This document shows, piece after piece, positions 1 through 13,179 of a stretch of 64,000 bases of DNA. The notes under the pieces are model-generated. The model made no database searches, was not told the origin of the DNA, and saw only the letters and a list, made by a program, of their open reading frames with translations. This DNA comes from Asterias rubens. Taxonomy: Eukaryota. Where the stretch lies: the NCBI RefSeq assembly GCF_902459465.1, contig NC_047064.1, forward strand, positions 22,816,001 to 22,880,000, given 5' to 3'. Position numbers and translations under genes: made by a program. The stretch's first letter is position 1, and the number at the start of each line of letters is the position of its first letter.

Positions 1-2005
1 TTTGATAGTGATGGTCGATGAAAGAGGGATATTTGTTGTTTAATTCTCTGAATTCGTTTTGTTTTCTAGAGAGTCTGGTTACGGTCTCCGTTTTTGGAGG
101 GGAATAAAGTTTGTATTGCTGATGCGACCTAATTATTATTGGGCGTTATTTGTCATCAATATGTTTCGACTGAAGTGGTGATGTGTAGTGTATCTAATAT
201 TCGGAAGACTCTGATAAGCGTCCACTGTGACACTTGTGTTATTGACAATTAAACTAATTTGACTCGTTTTGGTATGTCAAAGACAATACAATTAAAATCA
301 TGGATTTGTTAATTCGTTATGAATTTTAATAGCTGTTATGAGTTTTGTTCAAAGATACCCAATACAAATAATTTATAAATAACATTATAATCTGGCTTGT
401 TGGTCAATGATAGTTTGTCGTAAAATGAAATGTCACAAACCACATGGTTTAAATGTCTATGACTTATATTTTGACAAACACTCAACAACTCTTAATCCAC
501 TTAAGAATCAAGAAAGAAAAAAAAAACCTTGTTCGTGGAAAACAAGATTGGTGTAAAGTATTTCCAACATTCTTAAAATGAATTGATCGAACACTCGTGT
601 TCCATGAATTCTACTCTCATGTTTTACTCTCTGTCTAAATGTAATATCGTATGATTTGTTTTTATATACCTAAACTGTGTATACAGCTTAATACAAGATA
701 TATCCGTACAAACACATGTACAGAAACAGGGACAATGGAACTAAATGACGAATAATAACACATTTAAATGGCCGTACGTGTTTGCCATATGAGTAAAGGA
801 AGAAGTAAAGACCAGAGAGCAAATTAAAATAGCCGAGTCCTCTAAACAAATAAAGTACTACAATTCCCAACTCGTCAATGTACGCTTTAGCCGTATCGTT
901 ATACACATAATGGATATCACGGAAATGGCATTATTCTTCCTCTCGTAGAAAAGATGAAGAAATAGGATGGTTCCTTTTTAGAGCTGAACTCACAGTTGTT
1001 GTGTGGATATGCCAGTTCGTATATCATGTTTCATGGACCGAAAGATTCTTGCTTGTCTAACCAAATCAAGCTCACTGCCTCCCCTCCACAACCCAATCAA
1101 ACAACTTCAAAATGGAATAACGGAGACTAGAAATTGGTGAACTTGAAAAGCTGAGAACCAGACTGTGATTCGTTTAGGAGGCAGGTGATACAGTCTTCTT
1201 GCAAATTGTGAACCTCACGGTTCGGGTAACTCAGCAAATAAAGATAAGCTACAAATAAAAGGGAAACAAATCCCGTTCCATTTGTGGACAATTCTCGTCT
1301 CTCTTATTTCAAACAGTTTGTTGGCTTAAGTAGCTAAATATAACTTAATTTTGAGACTTGTTGATTCGATGAGTAAAACTGCACTCCATCAGGGAGGCAA
1401 ACACACGTAATCTGTGGGAGTGATACATTCTGAGAGCAGTTTTCTTTTGTGTCAGTCCATAGTGCATTTTACGTTTACTGGAATAACCCTTTTTGTTTTA
1501 CTTTGCATTTTCAGGCTAATTTTGTACCCCACTGAATCACGTTGTATTATACCCGTGGTTAAATGTATAGAAGTACTTATAATATATTGCAATGGACCCG
1601 AATATATTTCATTTCAATCTGGCACCTGTTCTTAGCTTTCCAGAACTAACTCCAGACTCATTTCAACCCCAACGTTGTCACCTGTTGTACGGTGCAAGGC
1701 CATGTAATTATAACAGACGAGGAATGGGTTGTAACTGATTTACATTATCATACTTGCCATTATTATTCCGCTATCGTACAGTCACAAAAATAGAATGTTG
1801 CTTTATTTTTTTCTGTAGATTTTGTGGACATATGCGAAGTATTGGGGGTAATCAAGAGTGAAGTAACGTCGATGTCAGAACAGGGTTGCTACAAAATATT
1901 GATCAATATTGAACAAAATATTGTTATAAAAAATACGGTAAAAAAAAAAAAGGAAAATAATATTGATTTAGCTTCACCGAAAAAAGAAAAGAAAAAAAAA
2001 AAAAA

Positions 2006-2250
2006 CACTTCATGTGATACTGATTTGTCGTGGATTCATTATGCGTTCAGAACTCCAAAAGACAAAAACAAAACTGTCTTTTGAGTTCACATCATTAAAC
2101 AACACCCCACTTATAATCGAAAAAGTAGAAGAAAAAAAACACTTCATGTTATACTGATTCTGTCGTGGATTCATTATGCGTTCAGAACTCCAAAAGACAA
2201 AAACAAAACTGTCTTTTGAGTTCACATCATTAAACAACACCCCACTTATA
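2006..2250. repeat. Tandem duplication, 2 copies, about 134-135 bp period
   Basis: cacttcatg...cacttata at 2006-2115 and 2140-2250, near identical. Confidence 0.92.
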
Positions 2251-2484
2251 CAATGTTTGTTAATAAATAAAACACAATGGTATATCTATTACAATGGTAC
2301 ATTCCCTTTAAGCCCAAACTTTGTTAGTTTTTGGTTGATCCAACATTACATCAACACTCTCTATGACCATTTGGTAACTTTACGCATACAATCCCAATCA
2401 ATACGTTTAAATACAGGATTGTGTATAACAGGGGTATTATGAAGGATTATTAAATAAAAATAATAAAATACAAATAGTTACATA

Positions 2485-2551
2485 CAGGGTCAGGGTCAGA
2501 CAGAGGTCACGGGTCACGGGTCAAGGGTCAGGGTTCAGGTCAGAGGACAGG
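2485..2551 (+). repeat. Degenerate (GGGTCA)n hexamer repeat
   Basis: About 10 imperfect copies of the GGGTCA/AGGTCA motif. Confidence 0.8.
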
Positions 2552-5500
2552 CCAAGGGACGACCACTGGAGAAAGAGTAAAACCCACGTTTCTTTTGTCA
2601 TCAGTCCGTTCATGTCTTGCTGTGCAAATAAATCTAAAATACGGGGAATAAACTCATCAACATTGTAGTGAATTATGTGGATTTGTACAAAATAAAAAAT
2701 CAGCATTTGCAAATAATTATTTCTCCCTTATAACAGGAAGTTATTACCTTCCAATTAAGTTGGATAACTGTATTAAAGAAGGAAGCAATCTTCCCGTGTA
2801 GGACTACCTAAGGCCTTTGCCAATGTGTTATACAATGTGATTCGATTTCGAGATTGAATTTAAAACGCATTACTATTTCATTAACTACCTGTTTAATTAT
2901 TCCAAGCAAATGATGTTTTGTTTTTGTTTTTGCGTGTGGGTGTGTGTGTGTGTGGTATCCTAATGCATGTTACAAACTGCACTAGCCATTGCTTTTGGAA
3001 ACTTCCCAAGGAGGAACTTTCACGAGGCAACTGAGATTGAGCCTGAACCTGCGACCGTCTACATGCAATGACATGATGTCATTTAGATCAACAAAGTGGT
3101 CACATGAACCTTACGGAGATCGTGATAGCAGTTTTATTGATCCATTCTTTTATTCTAGACTGTTGTAACGGGAAAGTATATAATTTGGTTTGTGGAACCG
3201 TTCGATTGTTCCAATCATGTATATAGTTGCAAGTTTGTGATATACAATAAAACTAACGTGTCGAAATTTTAATTCAAAGGGTGGTTGCGTTTATTAGATT
3301 TCGCCGAAAATCCGGAGCAGTTATATGCCCCCGCCTATGAATATCATGAAATTTGAATACACAATCTGAGAGACATGTCTGACAGTGTAAATGTTCTTAG
3401 ATTCAAAATTTGGGCGATAAAAACCAATATAAATGTCCATAACAACTTTTCTTTGAAGTGAAATGATTCTCAACATGCTTGTTATCGAAACTGCTTTATT
3501 TCCAACAAGGTAAGTTTTGATTGTTGTAAATGTGTCAATTTCTAAAAAGAATATAAAATTCTACCTTCAGCTCCCCTTAGTTATTTCATCTTATTTTGTT
3601 CGCTTCTAAATTAGTTCAGTCTCTTACCAAGAGTGTCTTTTAGCCTTGTTTGGGGCGAAACTATATTTGTATTTGATAGCACTATACATCGCTTATTGCT
3701 AGGTTGCTCGAGCTGATCACGTGATATTCTCGTAGAGATAAGCTGGGCAAACCAAGGACAACATCTCTAATTGCAGATTCCAAGGACTCCAAGAGGGTGG
3801 GGGTTCACGGTTTTAGATGTGTATGAAAACCCAATAGTATTATTCCAGTGAAAACCCGCGTAGTCAGGTAGGCACTGGAAAACTAATCCAATAAGTGTCA
3901 TCGGTTGGATTTAAACCGATGACCTAACGATGATACACGCGGGAAATACCACTAGTTTGAATTTATTATAATAAATGATGTAATGACGAATACAAATGAG
4001 CCACTAACACGCATTTCTAACTCTGTGTGATCAGTCGTACATCCGAACCCGAGCAGACCCTATGTTTATGTAATCTAGAACCTCGATTGCAAGTAATCCC
4101 AAGTGAAGAAGAACCTCCTTGCTGCCGACATTCCTTTGAAGGCTGATGCCGATAGGAATAACAAGACATTGTACAATCTCAGCGCTCCCAACACTGGTCT
4201 TGCTCTTCTGACAGATCTAACGAGTGAAGGAGGGTCTTTAGTCCATTTCAACGCTCGATGCCTTCGGGTGGTGTTTCTATCATTGACTGCATATAGGGCC
4301 CATAGAATGCTCGGTGTTTTTGTGGAATGAAGATCTTTAGCTCTTTTTGTAAATGCGTCATTTCTCTTCTCCCTTCAAGCTGGAACGTTTGAAACAGTTT
4401 TTCATACAAATTAATGTGAATAATCATAGCCGTAAGTTCCGCGAAGCCTGTATGTAGTTCCCTTTTGTTCATCAATGGTAAAGAAGCGTGTCACCAACCA
4501 AAATGCCAAAGGAGCATCGGTCCATTTCTTACATGATCAACTTTGGGCGGTAGACCTATGTTTATCAGGTTCTGTTCCATTAGTTTCTCGTGCTTTCTAG
4601 AAAATTCGCGGTTTGAGGCGCAGCATGAGGGAAAAACAATGCATGTTGGGCTTTAATGTTAACGGTTCATGGTTTCCTTTGGAATGTGTAAAGAAGAGCC
4701 GACAAATCTCAGTGCCTTCGTGAACAAAATAAGGCACAAATACCCCATGATTGTGTACCATTCAGGTGGTTTTTAGACATCTCGATGTTTCTCAAAGTTA
4801 TTTAAGGTTGTTATAACTTCAAATATTTGCTCTTTTTACGCGGCTTAAAAATCGATTGGCCATAAATTACCTAATACTGCATTTGAAAACAGGGGAACCT
4901 TTGTGTATTAAAAAGTAATATGATAGTATGCCAATTTGCTCGTGAAGTTTATATTGGAAAAATCAACAATATTCTGATTCCCCTGAAGCCTTCTTGGGAA
5001 TTGTGATGGAGGCAATATTGAAGGTCCTCTCGCTAAAGTACCAATAAAACCTTTTAGGACAAATATTTGGTGGAATATTTTGCAAGTGTAAAGAGTGATT
5101 CTGGAGCTAAGGAGCTTTATAAGAGGTTGTCGTATACAACACTGGAGCCCGGGAATGTGCTTTGTTTTCTTCTTATTCCCTGTCGGTATGCAGTGCCAAC
5201 ATCCCTGACCGACCTGACCTTTTTAGTAAGTAGCGCAGCTGCCTCTGTAAGTGGGTGACCAAGACGGCCTATAGATTATCCAAGTCACTTCATCCAATTT
5301 ACCATGGATTCTGCCAGATCCGGATGAAGAGAAGCTGAAAGAAGAAGACAACCAAACTACCTTTGGCAAACTACAAGCCAACCTGGTGTGAAATCACAAC
5401 ACGAATGTTGCAATGCAGCATCCCTTCGTACATTATGAGCTTAATCCTTCCACGTCCAGTTATCATCATCTTAGAAAAAGGCTAAATCAACCCGTTGAAT

Positions 5501-6889
5501 TCCTTCAACACCTCTCCAGACTCTATGGAATAACACAGCGGCCTATCACCCCATGTGGTTGATGTTTTCCTATGCATACACACATCCGTGCCAGACAGCA
5601 TTGTCACTATGTTATGCTTTAAGGTAAAGACTACATGACGAAGAGCAGTTATTTTCTACCCCCACTCACCCCCCACCCCCCTACCCCCACCCCCCTACCC
5701 CCCCCCCCCCCCCCTTCAACCCAACAAAGCAGCCAGTACTACTACACATGCATTCACAACATTGAGTTAAGCGAAGACTACATCACGACCAAGTGTGTGT
5801 TGGGGGGGGGGGGGGGGCAGACGACTATAAGTGAACCTGTATTCTGTCGGTGCGCGAAAATCAAATTAAATTCCCGGCTCGAGCGGGACTAATTATAAAC
5901 AAAAACACTGGGGTGAGCGTACAATTACTCCCTCACAACAACACGTGCCTTGAAAAATAGGCAAACTAACTGTTTATTAAGACTAAGTAAAATAAATAAA
6001 TGAAATAAAATTCCACGTGGGAATTGATGTTCATCAACAATGGACTTATTTCATCAGTTATCAAAAACAAAAGTTGTTGTTCAGAGTTCATAGTTCAGTT
6101 TTGAACTTTTCTTATTTTTATATATTTTTAGAGTAAATCAAGAGCTGGAACTCCCACATGCTGTATGTTTTATTATCTTGTTTAATAGACGGGATTACTA
6201 TTAAGCAATCTTATTTCTTAAGTAATTACACCAATCTTGTGAAGCAAACTTGTGAAGAAAAAGCTGCCGAAAGGGGCAAACGAACGAACGATTTTTTTTT
6301 TATGTGGTCCAACGTGTGTCACAGACAGACTGAGCTCTTGATGTAGCTGTTTTTGAGCGGGTCAATGGTTGAGTTTTCATAGGTCTTCTTTCATGGATAA
6401 CCCGACGGTATGGCACCTTTAAATACCCATCATGGCGTTAGGATTTACTATGTACCTTGCATTCACCTTGAATACGGCATTCACTTTCACATGTAACGAC
6501 GGAAATTATGACTAGGGACAGGTTTAAAAGGTCGATACAATTTTAAGGTAATATTATAACAATCTATTGTCTTCACTAAAAATGATTGGCAAGATTCTCT
6601 ACGACAATTCATTTTGAAAAATGTAACCTTATTCAGTGCAGGGTACCGCCTCCAAATTAACATTACGTGATGTCCCCACTTAGCGGCCTCTAAACGAAAT
6701 GTTGGACTTAATCAATTGACCCACAGTCTTCAAATTAAATCATACATCGGGCCTGTACTGCTGATAAATTCAGGTTTGTTGTTTCTAAGGCTTAGACTAA
6801 ATTGAAGATTTGTCTATCAGAGGCTACTTTGAGCAGATATTTTAATTCCCTTGCAATGTTCACTTCATCAAAAATGCTGACTCCTAGCG

Positions 6890-6920
<31 letters not shown>

Positions 6921-9000
6921 GAGAGGGGGGATCATCTCAAATCACAAAACAAACTGATGGCTTTGAGTCCTATTGTTGATTCGATTTTGTTGTTTTCTTG
7001 CATCGAACGAAGGAAAGGTCAAACGAAGCAAAGGTCGAGCTTGGGAGAGAAAATGTCAACCGCTTTCCTGTACACAGGCGTGCATTTAGAATGTTGATCT
7101 AAGCAAGGAGAGCTTGCAGATGTGGTCGCGTACCATTGCGTGGGTATAATGTTTGAAGACATTCCCTTTTCCTGTACTTGTTTTCGATGATGACTTTTTC
7201 CCCGGATGCTTTCTAACACTCTAACAATAGTCTCTTACCCTAGTGCACTGTCAGCGTAAACCAAGTAGCTTCCTGAGGTTGTTTCTTTATACTCGTCCAT
7301 GCCCATCCCATAACGCTCTTGCCACTCTCGCATTCCCATCCCCTCCTCAGTTTTTTTCGGATATAACTGCCTTAATTCTCAACCCACTTGAAATTAAGTG
7401 TTTGGTGAGAAACTAATGTGGAAACAGATTTCTACTCTGTGTATGGAGGTAACTGTCATATGCTGTTACTTTGCTTTATTACACACAGTGCTTACTTCCT
7501 GGTCCATAAAAGTGACACGTGCTAGAAAATAGAAATATCTGAAAGCCAGAATTTGGGTCAACCCACTGATGCCCATTGATCCCGACCTAGTTCCCTGTAT
7601 TCTCACTCTGTCTATACACGCCCTCTAACCCAGCTTCTAGATCAGACTGGCCATAAAATATTAGACTGGCACCTGCACATACCTAATTTCGTTTCTGAAA
7701 CTAGTCCGTTCTTTTAGAGTGAATTCTCCCGTGGCATTTTTTGTTCATACAGACCTTACTATAAACACATGTCTGCTTAATATAAGAGGGACTTTTTTAT
7801 TTGGTCACAGATACCTACCTTCATTCAGCCTGTGGATTTCTGTCAAGTTGGCCATCGAGCCCCGTTCCGACAATCTTTACTTCAAGTTGCACCTTACTTC
7901 ATCAAGAAAGAAGCTTGGAAAGTAATTACGTTTAATCGATGATCGCTCGGTGGCGACGATTGGGGATGGACGCTTCCCCCCCCCCCCCCCTTGTTGCTGG
8001 CCTTAAGGACATTGGTGAAAAGGCTCGTGTGGTGGCCAAAACAATCATACAAATTGACTTGACCGGCCTCATCTACTTCAAATCGATGCTTTATCACAAC
8101 TGTAGTAATGTCTTATCGGGCCCCGGGCATGCTTTAGTCGTTTACTGTTGATCATTGGTACTGGCACATGATTGGGGTTGGTTACTTCCAGAAGAAGAAC
8201 AAACATGTATTTGTATCAAGACCAAAGGAATGTGTGCTGATATAAAACAAATAAACCTGTATGAATTGTAAGTGTTGAAGCCATGTAACCATGTTTTATT
8301 TCAATATCATGTAAAGTATTGTATGCAACAAAATTTGTTTCTGGTCTGACGTTGCGGCCCTATGACAGTGTTTTCCTCAAAGGCTTAAGTATGTTTGTAT
8401 ATTATTTTCCTGAAAGACTATTTTCAGAGTGTTTCTTTTTGAGTCGAAGTAATGTTATGTGCACAATATTTCTTCAACCGCGTTCATGACGAATGGTTAT
8501 GGATGAATTTGACCTACTCGTGCATGGTGTAGAAATTGGAACAGCCATGTCAACTTGTCATTACTCAGTTTTCTGCCAAATTATAGTCAGACAATGTACG
8601 CCCAACTAGAACCTCGCATCACATACTTATTCCTTGTTTGTAATCTCAATGAATAAAAAAACTAGCACTGTTTTGGTCATCATAATTCCCCCTCCCTTAT
8701 TTGTCCTCGCCCCTATCAGTGCATGGAATGGGCTTAATGACGTCACTCCATGTGGTACTCTATTAGTATATCTCTCAATTTGTATCTTTGTATATGTCTC
8801 CACTGCAGAACTATCGTATATTATATGAAGCTTTAAAGGCAGGGCTTTGCCGACGAAGGACACGCAAATCAAATCAAATTGGTCAATATAACCCCAGCCC
8901 TAGAATGTCATCAGTTAATGGGTTTCTTATATTCTCTGTACCACCAACTCTCCATAATCATCCAAGATGTGTACGAAACATCCATTAAGTGAATACGATT

Positions 9001-9150
9001 GCGGATCGGGGTTTATAGGGGGTATCGGATCGGGGTAGGGGGTATCGGGTCGGGATAGTGGTATCGAATCGGGGTAGGGGATATCGGATCGGGGTAGGGG
9101 GTATCGGGTTGGGATAGGGGTATCGAATCGGGGTAGGGGGTATTGGGGTG
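9001..9150 (+). repeat. G-rich minisatellite, about 20-bp unit (GGTATCGGATCGGGGTAGGG), about 7 copies
   Basis: Direct reading. A three-unit block recurs with a 59-bp period (9023 and 9082). Confidence 0.9.
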
Positions 9151-11591
9151 CGCGGTTTCGAATGCGAACTCTTACGATACCAAATATGTAATTCCCGTAT
9201 GAAGTTGTTAGTTTTGCATGGGTACGGTCCACGGTAAACACGTGATGTCACGATTGTGCCATATCTGATCAGCATAAACCATAATTGCACCCCCGAGGAT
9301 GCAGAGCGTGCAATCTGCCCTTAAAAGAGAGCCACTCAATAAAATAATAACGGTCGTGTAATTGTACTGTCTTACCGGGTCTACTCACCCAACTCCATAC
9401 CCGCATAAATTAAGAAAATGTATGCATCAAATAGCAGTCGAGACGCTTTTCGCTCTTTGTTATTTAATAATATGTCGTTAATAGATGTGTGATTATTATA
9501 AGGGTAGCCTACTGCGTACACCAGAAAGCGGTTTTTCTTGTCAAATTCAGTTCTGATTGTTCCAATTTATGTTCTTCCTCCCTGTGTCTAGCTTTACCCA
9601 ACATTTTTTTTTCACCCATTGAATGTACTTATTACCTCCAGTTAAGTACGTTAAAGACGTCTCGTTCCTGAACATAAATGTTTATAAACGCACAAGGGTC
9701 AGTCAATACAACTAGATTATCTATTGAAATAAGGGTTTATCCATTCGAAGCTATAGTTTGTCTTCTGAATAAAGCAATTGACATATATTATTTACATCTG
9801 TCGATGCTTGGCCATTAAATTTGTTTCATGTATGCAGTTCTATTACGCACAAACAGTGTTGTCTTTATGTTATGCAGAGTTTACTGGTACGGTGGCGTTT
9901 CCCTCGATTCTGATTACCAAACATAATGTTAATGTGATGTAGTTTGGTTTCCTTTAAATATAGGTTTTAAAGATTGTTGGAATACCCACTACTTAAACAT
10001 ATTTTTAACTGCCTCTTGTAGATACCGGACAATCTCAGGATTGTAATTAATACCATTATATTTAAATAATAAATCCACAAAAGCATCAAATGACGTCATA
10101 CTCCAATGCATGAGTTTTTACATTTTTACTGGAAGTTAATTCATGAGTTATTTTTAAAAATTCTAGCCGAAACGGCAATGAATTTAACCCTTTGACGGAC
10201 AAACTAGTCCATGCCAGTGGGGAATCTAGACATTAACTTCCAGTAAAGTATGTTTCCAAAGCGCCCAGTTTGAGACAGCTTCACATCCCTCGTTTTTTTA
10301 CGGATTCATAGAACTATCCAATTGATACTTTTTGTCGTAGTTACTTTTATAAGTGTTACTTAATATAAATGCCACTTTAATGTGTCGTTTATGTTCTTTA
10401 GGCATTTTTGGTGTCAACAACAGTTTTTTTTGCCACATTGAGTATATGAAACAAAACATGATATTCGTGACGTGGGAGCCCCCCCCCCCCACACCTTACC
10501 CTCTACGCTCACCCACACCCCTCTAACTCCGAGCTCTACTTAGCGAAAACTGCGAATTGTGTGAATCGCCTCAGAATTACCGGCCCGCCCCACCCAATAA
10601 GTCTGCCTGGTGTAAATCCAACAAAATTACAATTTAGAAGACGAAAAAACAACAAAGTATAATTTTCCCATATTGAATTTATCCCCTGGGTACGAGGTCT
10701 AACCCTTGCATGATCGACCCCAAGACTGACTAGCCAGCGGCAAATCTTCCCGGGTGTCTCTTTTTATCCGGACTATAAGGCGTGGGTCAGTTGCCGCGCT
10801 AACAAAACAAAGCACCTTGTTGTATCGGTTACTGTAGCGGCTAAACGTTTACGCCATACTTTCATGATATCTTGCATCTCTTTTCCTGTGCCATAAATAT
10901 GTGTATAATAATTATACACACGGGTTGGATCGATATAGCTTTGCCATCTCATTTTTTTTTTCTTTTCTTTTTTTTCTTTTTTTCTGGGGCGAAGACATAC
11001 GCCAAACAGCCGTGAGGGTAATTTATTTAGTGAGGACAAAATGGAATGTGTTCCACATGGTGTAAATATGCTCACCACGCGATGTATATGGATTCCTTTG
11101 ACCGTAGCATTGTATCCAAAGTCTATATAAATGTACTCTTAAACAAAACCATGATTCATAAAAGCTAGCATGGATAAAACCAGAACTAACATCACCCGTG
11201 GAATTCGCACCATTGTCAAGGAATAAACAAACACAAGATTGATAACTTCAATCTATAATCAATTACATGTATAAAACATTAGCGGCTAATGGATACCGAC
11301 TGGTCAATTATTTTAACTTTCTAAATATTGATGATACAGCCCTTTAGATAAGGAAACGATTTTGAATCATCATGCAAAATCCATCCCAAAACATATATAT
11401 TTCGGAACCACCGCCTTCAAACTTTTGTGTATAATAGCAGAATGTTTTCTTTGCGCCAGGGGTGTTATCATAGATAGGCATGGCGCACTAGAAATGTTCA
11501 ACATTATTATTTACAATTATTATGTTTTTCCTCCCTACCTCCCTTTCACAGAGTTATTTTGTCTTGCCACAGTGCCCCCTACTTGCATTAA

Positions 11592-12016
11592 AGGCGGTGG
11601 ACACTATTGGCAATTACTCAACATCATTATTATCATAAAACTTTACTTAGTAACGAGTAATGGGGAGAGGTTGGTAGTATGAAACATTGTGAGAAACGGC
11701 TCTCTCAAAAGTAACGTATTAATAAAATAATAATAATAAAATAATAATAAAATAATAATCAAATTATAATAATATAGTAGTTTTCGAGAAAGAAGTAACT
11801 TTCCTCGAATTTGATTTTGAGACCTCAGATTTAGAACTCGCGGTCTTGAAATCAAGCATCTGACAGCACATAACTTCGTGTGACAAAGGTAGTTTTTTTT
11901 CTCTCATCATTATATCGCAACTTCGATTACCAATTGAGCTCAAATTTTCACAGGTTTGTTGAGATACACCAAGTGGGAAGACTGGTCTTTGACAATTTCC
12001 AATTGTTCTAGTGTCT
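11592..12016 (+). mobile_element. Non-autonomous Kolobok-like MITE, family A copy 1
   Basis: TTAA flanks (11588-91 and 12017-20), AG...CT termini, imperfect TIR (AGGCGGTGGACACTATTGG versus CCAATTGTTCTAGTGTCT), and homology to the copies at 16672, 23485 and 47391. Confidence 0.8.
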
Positions 12017-13179
12017 TTAACTCAGAAGCAGCTTGCCCATTCCACCTGTCTTTACTAGCTTCCCGGTTTACACAGAATGCAGTTACCATCTTTGGTCCAG
12101 TAATACACTCTTTCAATAAGCATCCTGTTGTTCTCATTACTTCACTCCGATTGGAACTTTGCCATCCCATTGTTTTTAATTTTAAAAGTTTGATTGGCCT
12201 TCTTTTCCTGCCTATTTCTGGATGCCTATACCCACACCCTCTTTTCCTGGTTGTGCTTTTAAATTGACACACTCTAGCGTGTTTATGCCTCTGATGAAGG
12301 TCCGGTTTTGATAGCAAGCTACGGCCATCACTCCTCATCAGTTGATGTTAACCAAATTTGTATCGTTATCTACAACAGAACCAAGCGATTTTGGTATCTT
12401 GGTAGATATTGTATATATAAAGAAGGGCATTGCTGCTGCAGTGAATACAAAGTATTGTGTGTTGAATATAATAGTGACAGACATTGCTGTCTCTCTATTA
12501 TGATATCAAAGGGGTACTTTAAACATTAGTCACTGAATGAACACGGTTATGTTAAAAAACACGGTCGTGTAGCTTTCATTGATATCGGACACGTGGTCTA
12601 CAAAGAACTACTTTTAATTTACATGTCCTTAGACATATTTTAACCCTACCGCTCCAACGTTCTTGCCTTTTAATGATTCCGTTTTAAAGCATACATCATG
12701 GGATATTGTGCATCCCGGCATTTCTTCATGTTACTGACGGTCTTGCTTTAACATTATTGTACACAAACAAAACATGATATTGATCTAAAACCCATTGAAT
12801 ACTGCCCAAGGTGTGGTTGTCACCCTTACACTACAGGAAAACTTACAACTCACCATCCTCGTCACGTTCCCTCTGTACAAAAAGCATTCAAGAACACCGA
12901 TTCTCACTAGGCCCAATGGGGACCAGACTGAATTCACTCTGAACTTCAGTTTTGGTTTAATCTGAATCGAAGTATAGGTCATTGGTGGATAAGACGAACA
13001 TCTTCGCATGCAACGCTCGTGAATCCTGTCATCACACGTGTCACCATTTTTTGTTAGATAGGAAGTTCATGTAAAATGGACACCATGTTGCCAGTCGTTA
13101 CAAGTAGGACGTTCATGTTACCTGGCACCATGCATGGTTACCAATCTCTGAGAGTATGGCGATCATGTAAACATGGACG

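Noticed and set aside
6300-6900. GAIPSGYP motif resembling polymerase motif B in a minus-strand frame
   Set aside because: The spacing to NS is wrong, there are many stops, and no flanking motifs A or C are present.
8927-9290. Pro-rich ORFs on the minus strand
   Set aside because: They are a by-product of the G-rich minisatellite.
11940-12338. 132-aa and 103-aa overlapping ORFs
   Set aside because: They run into a MITE and have no recognisable domain. A weak CxxC in a third frame is not enough to call a LINE relic.
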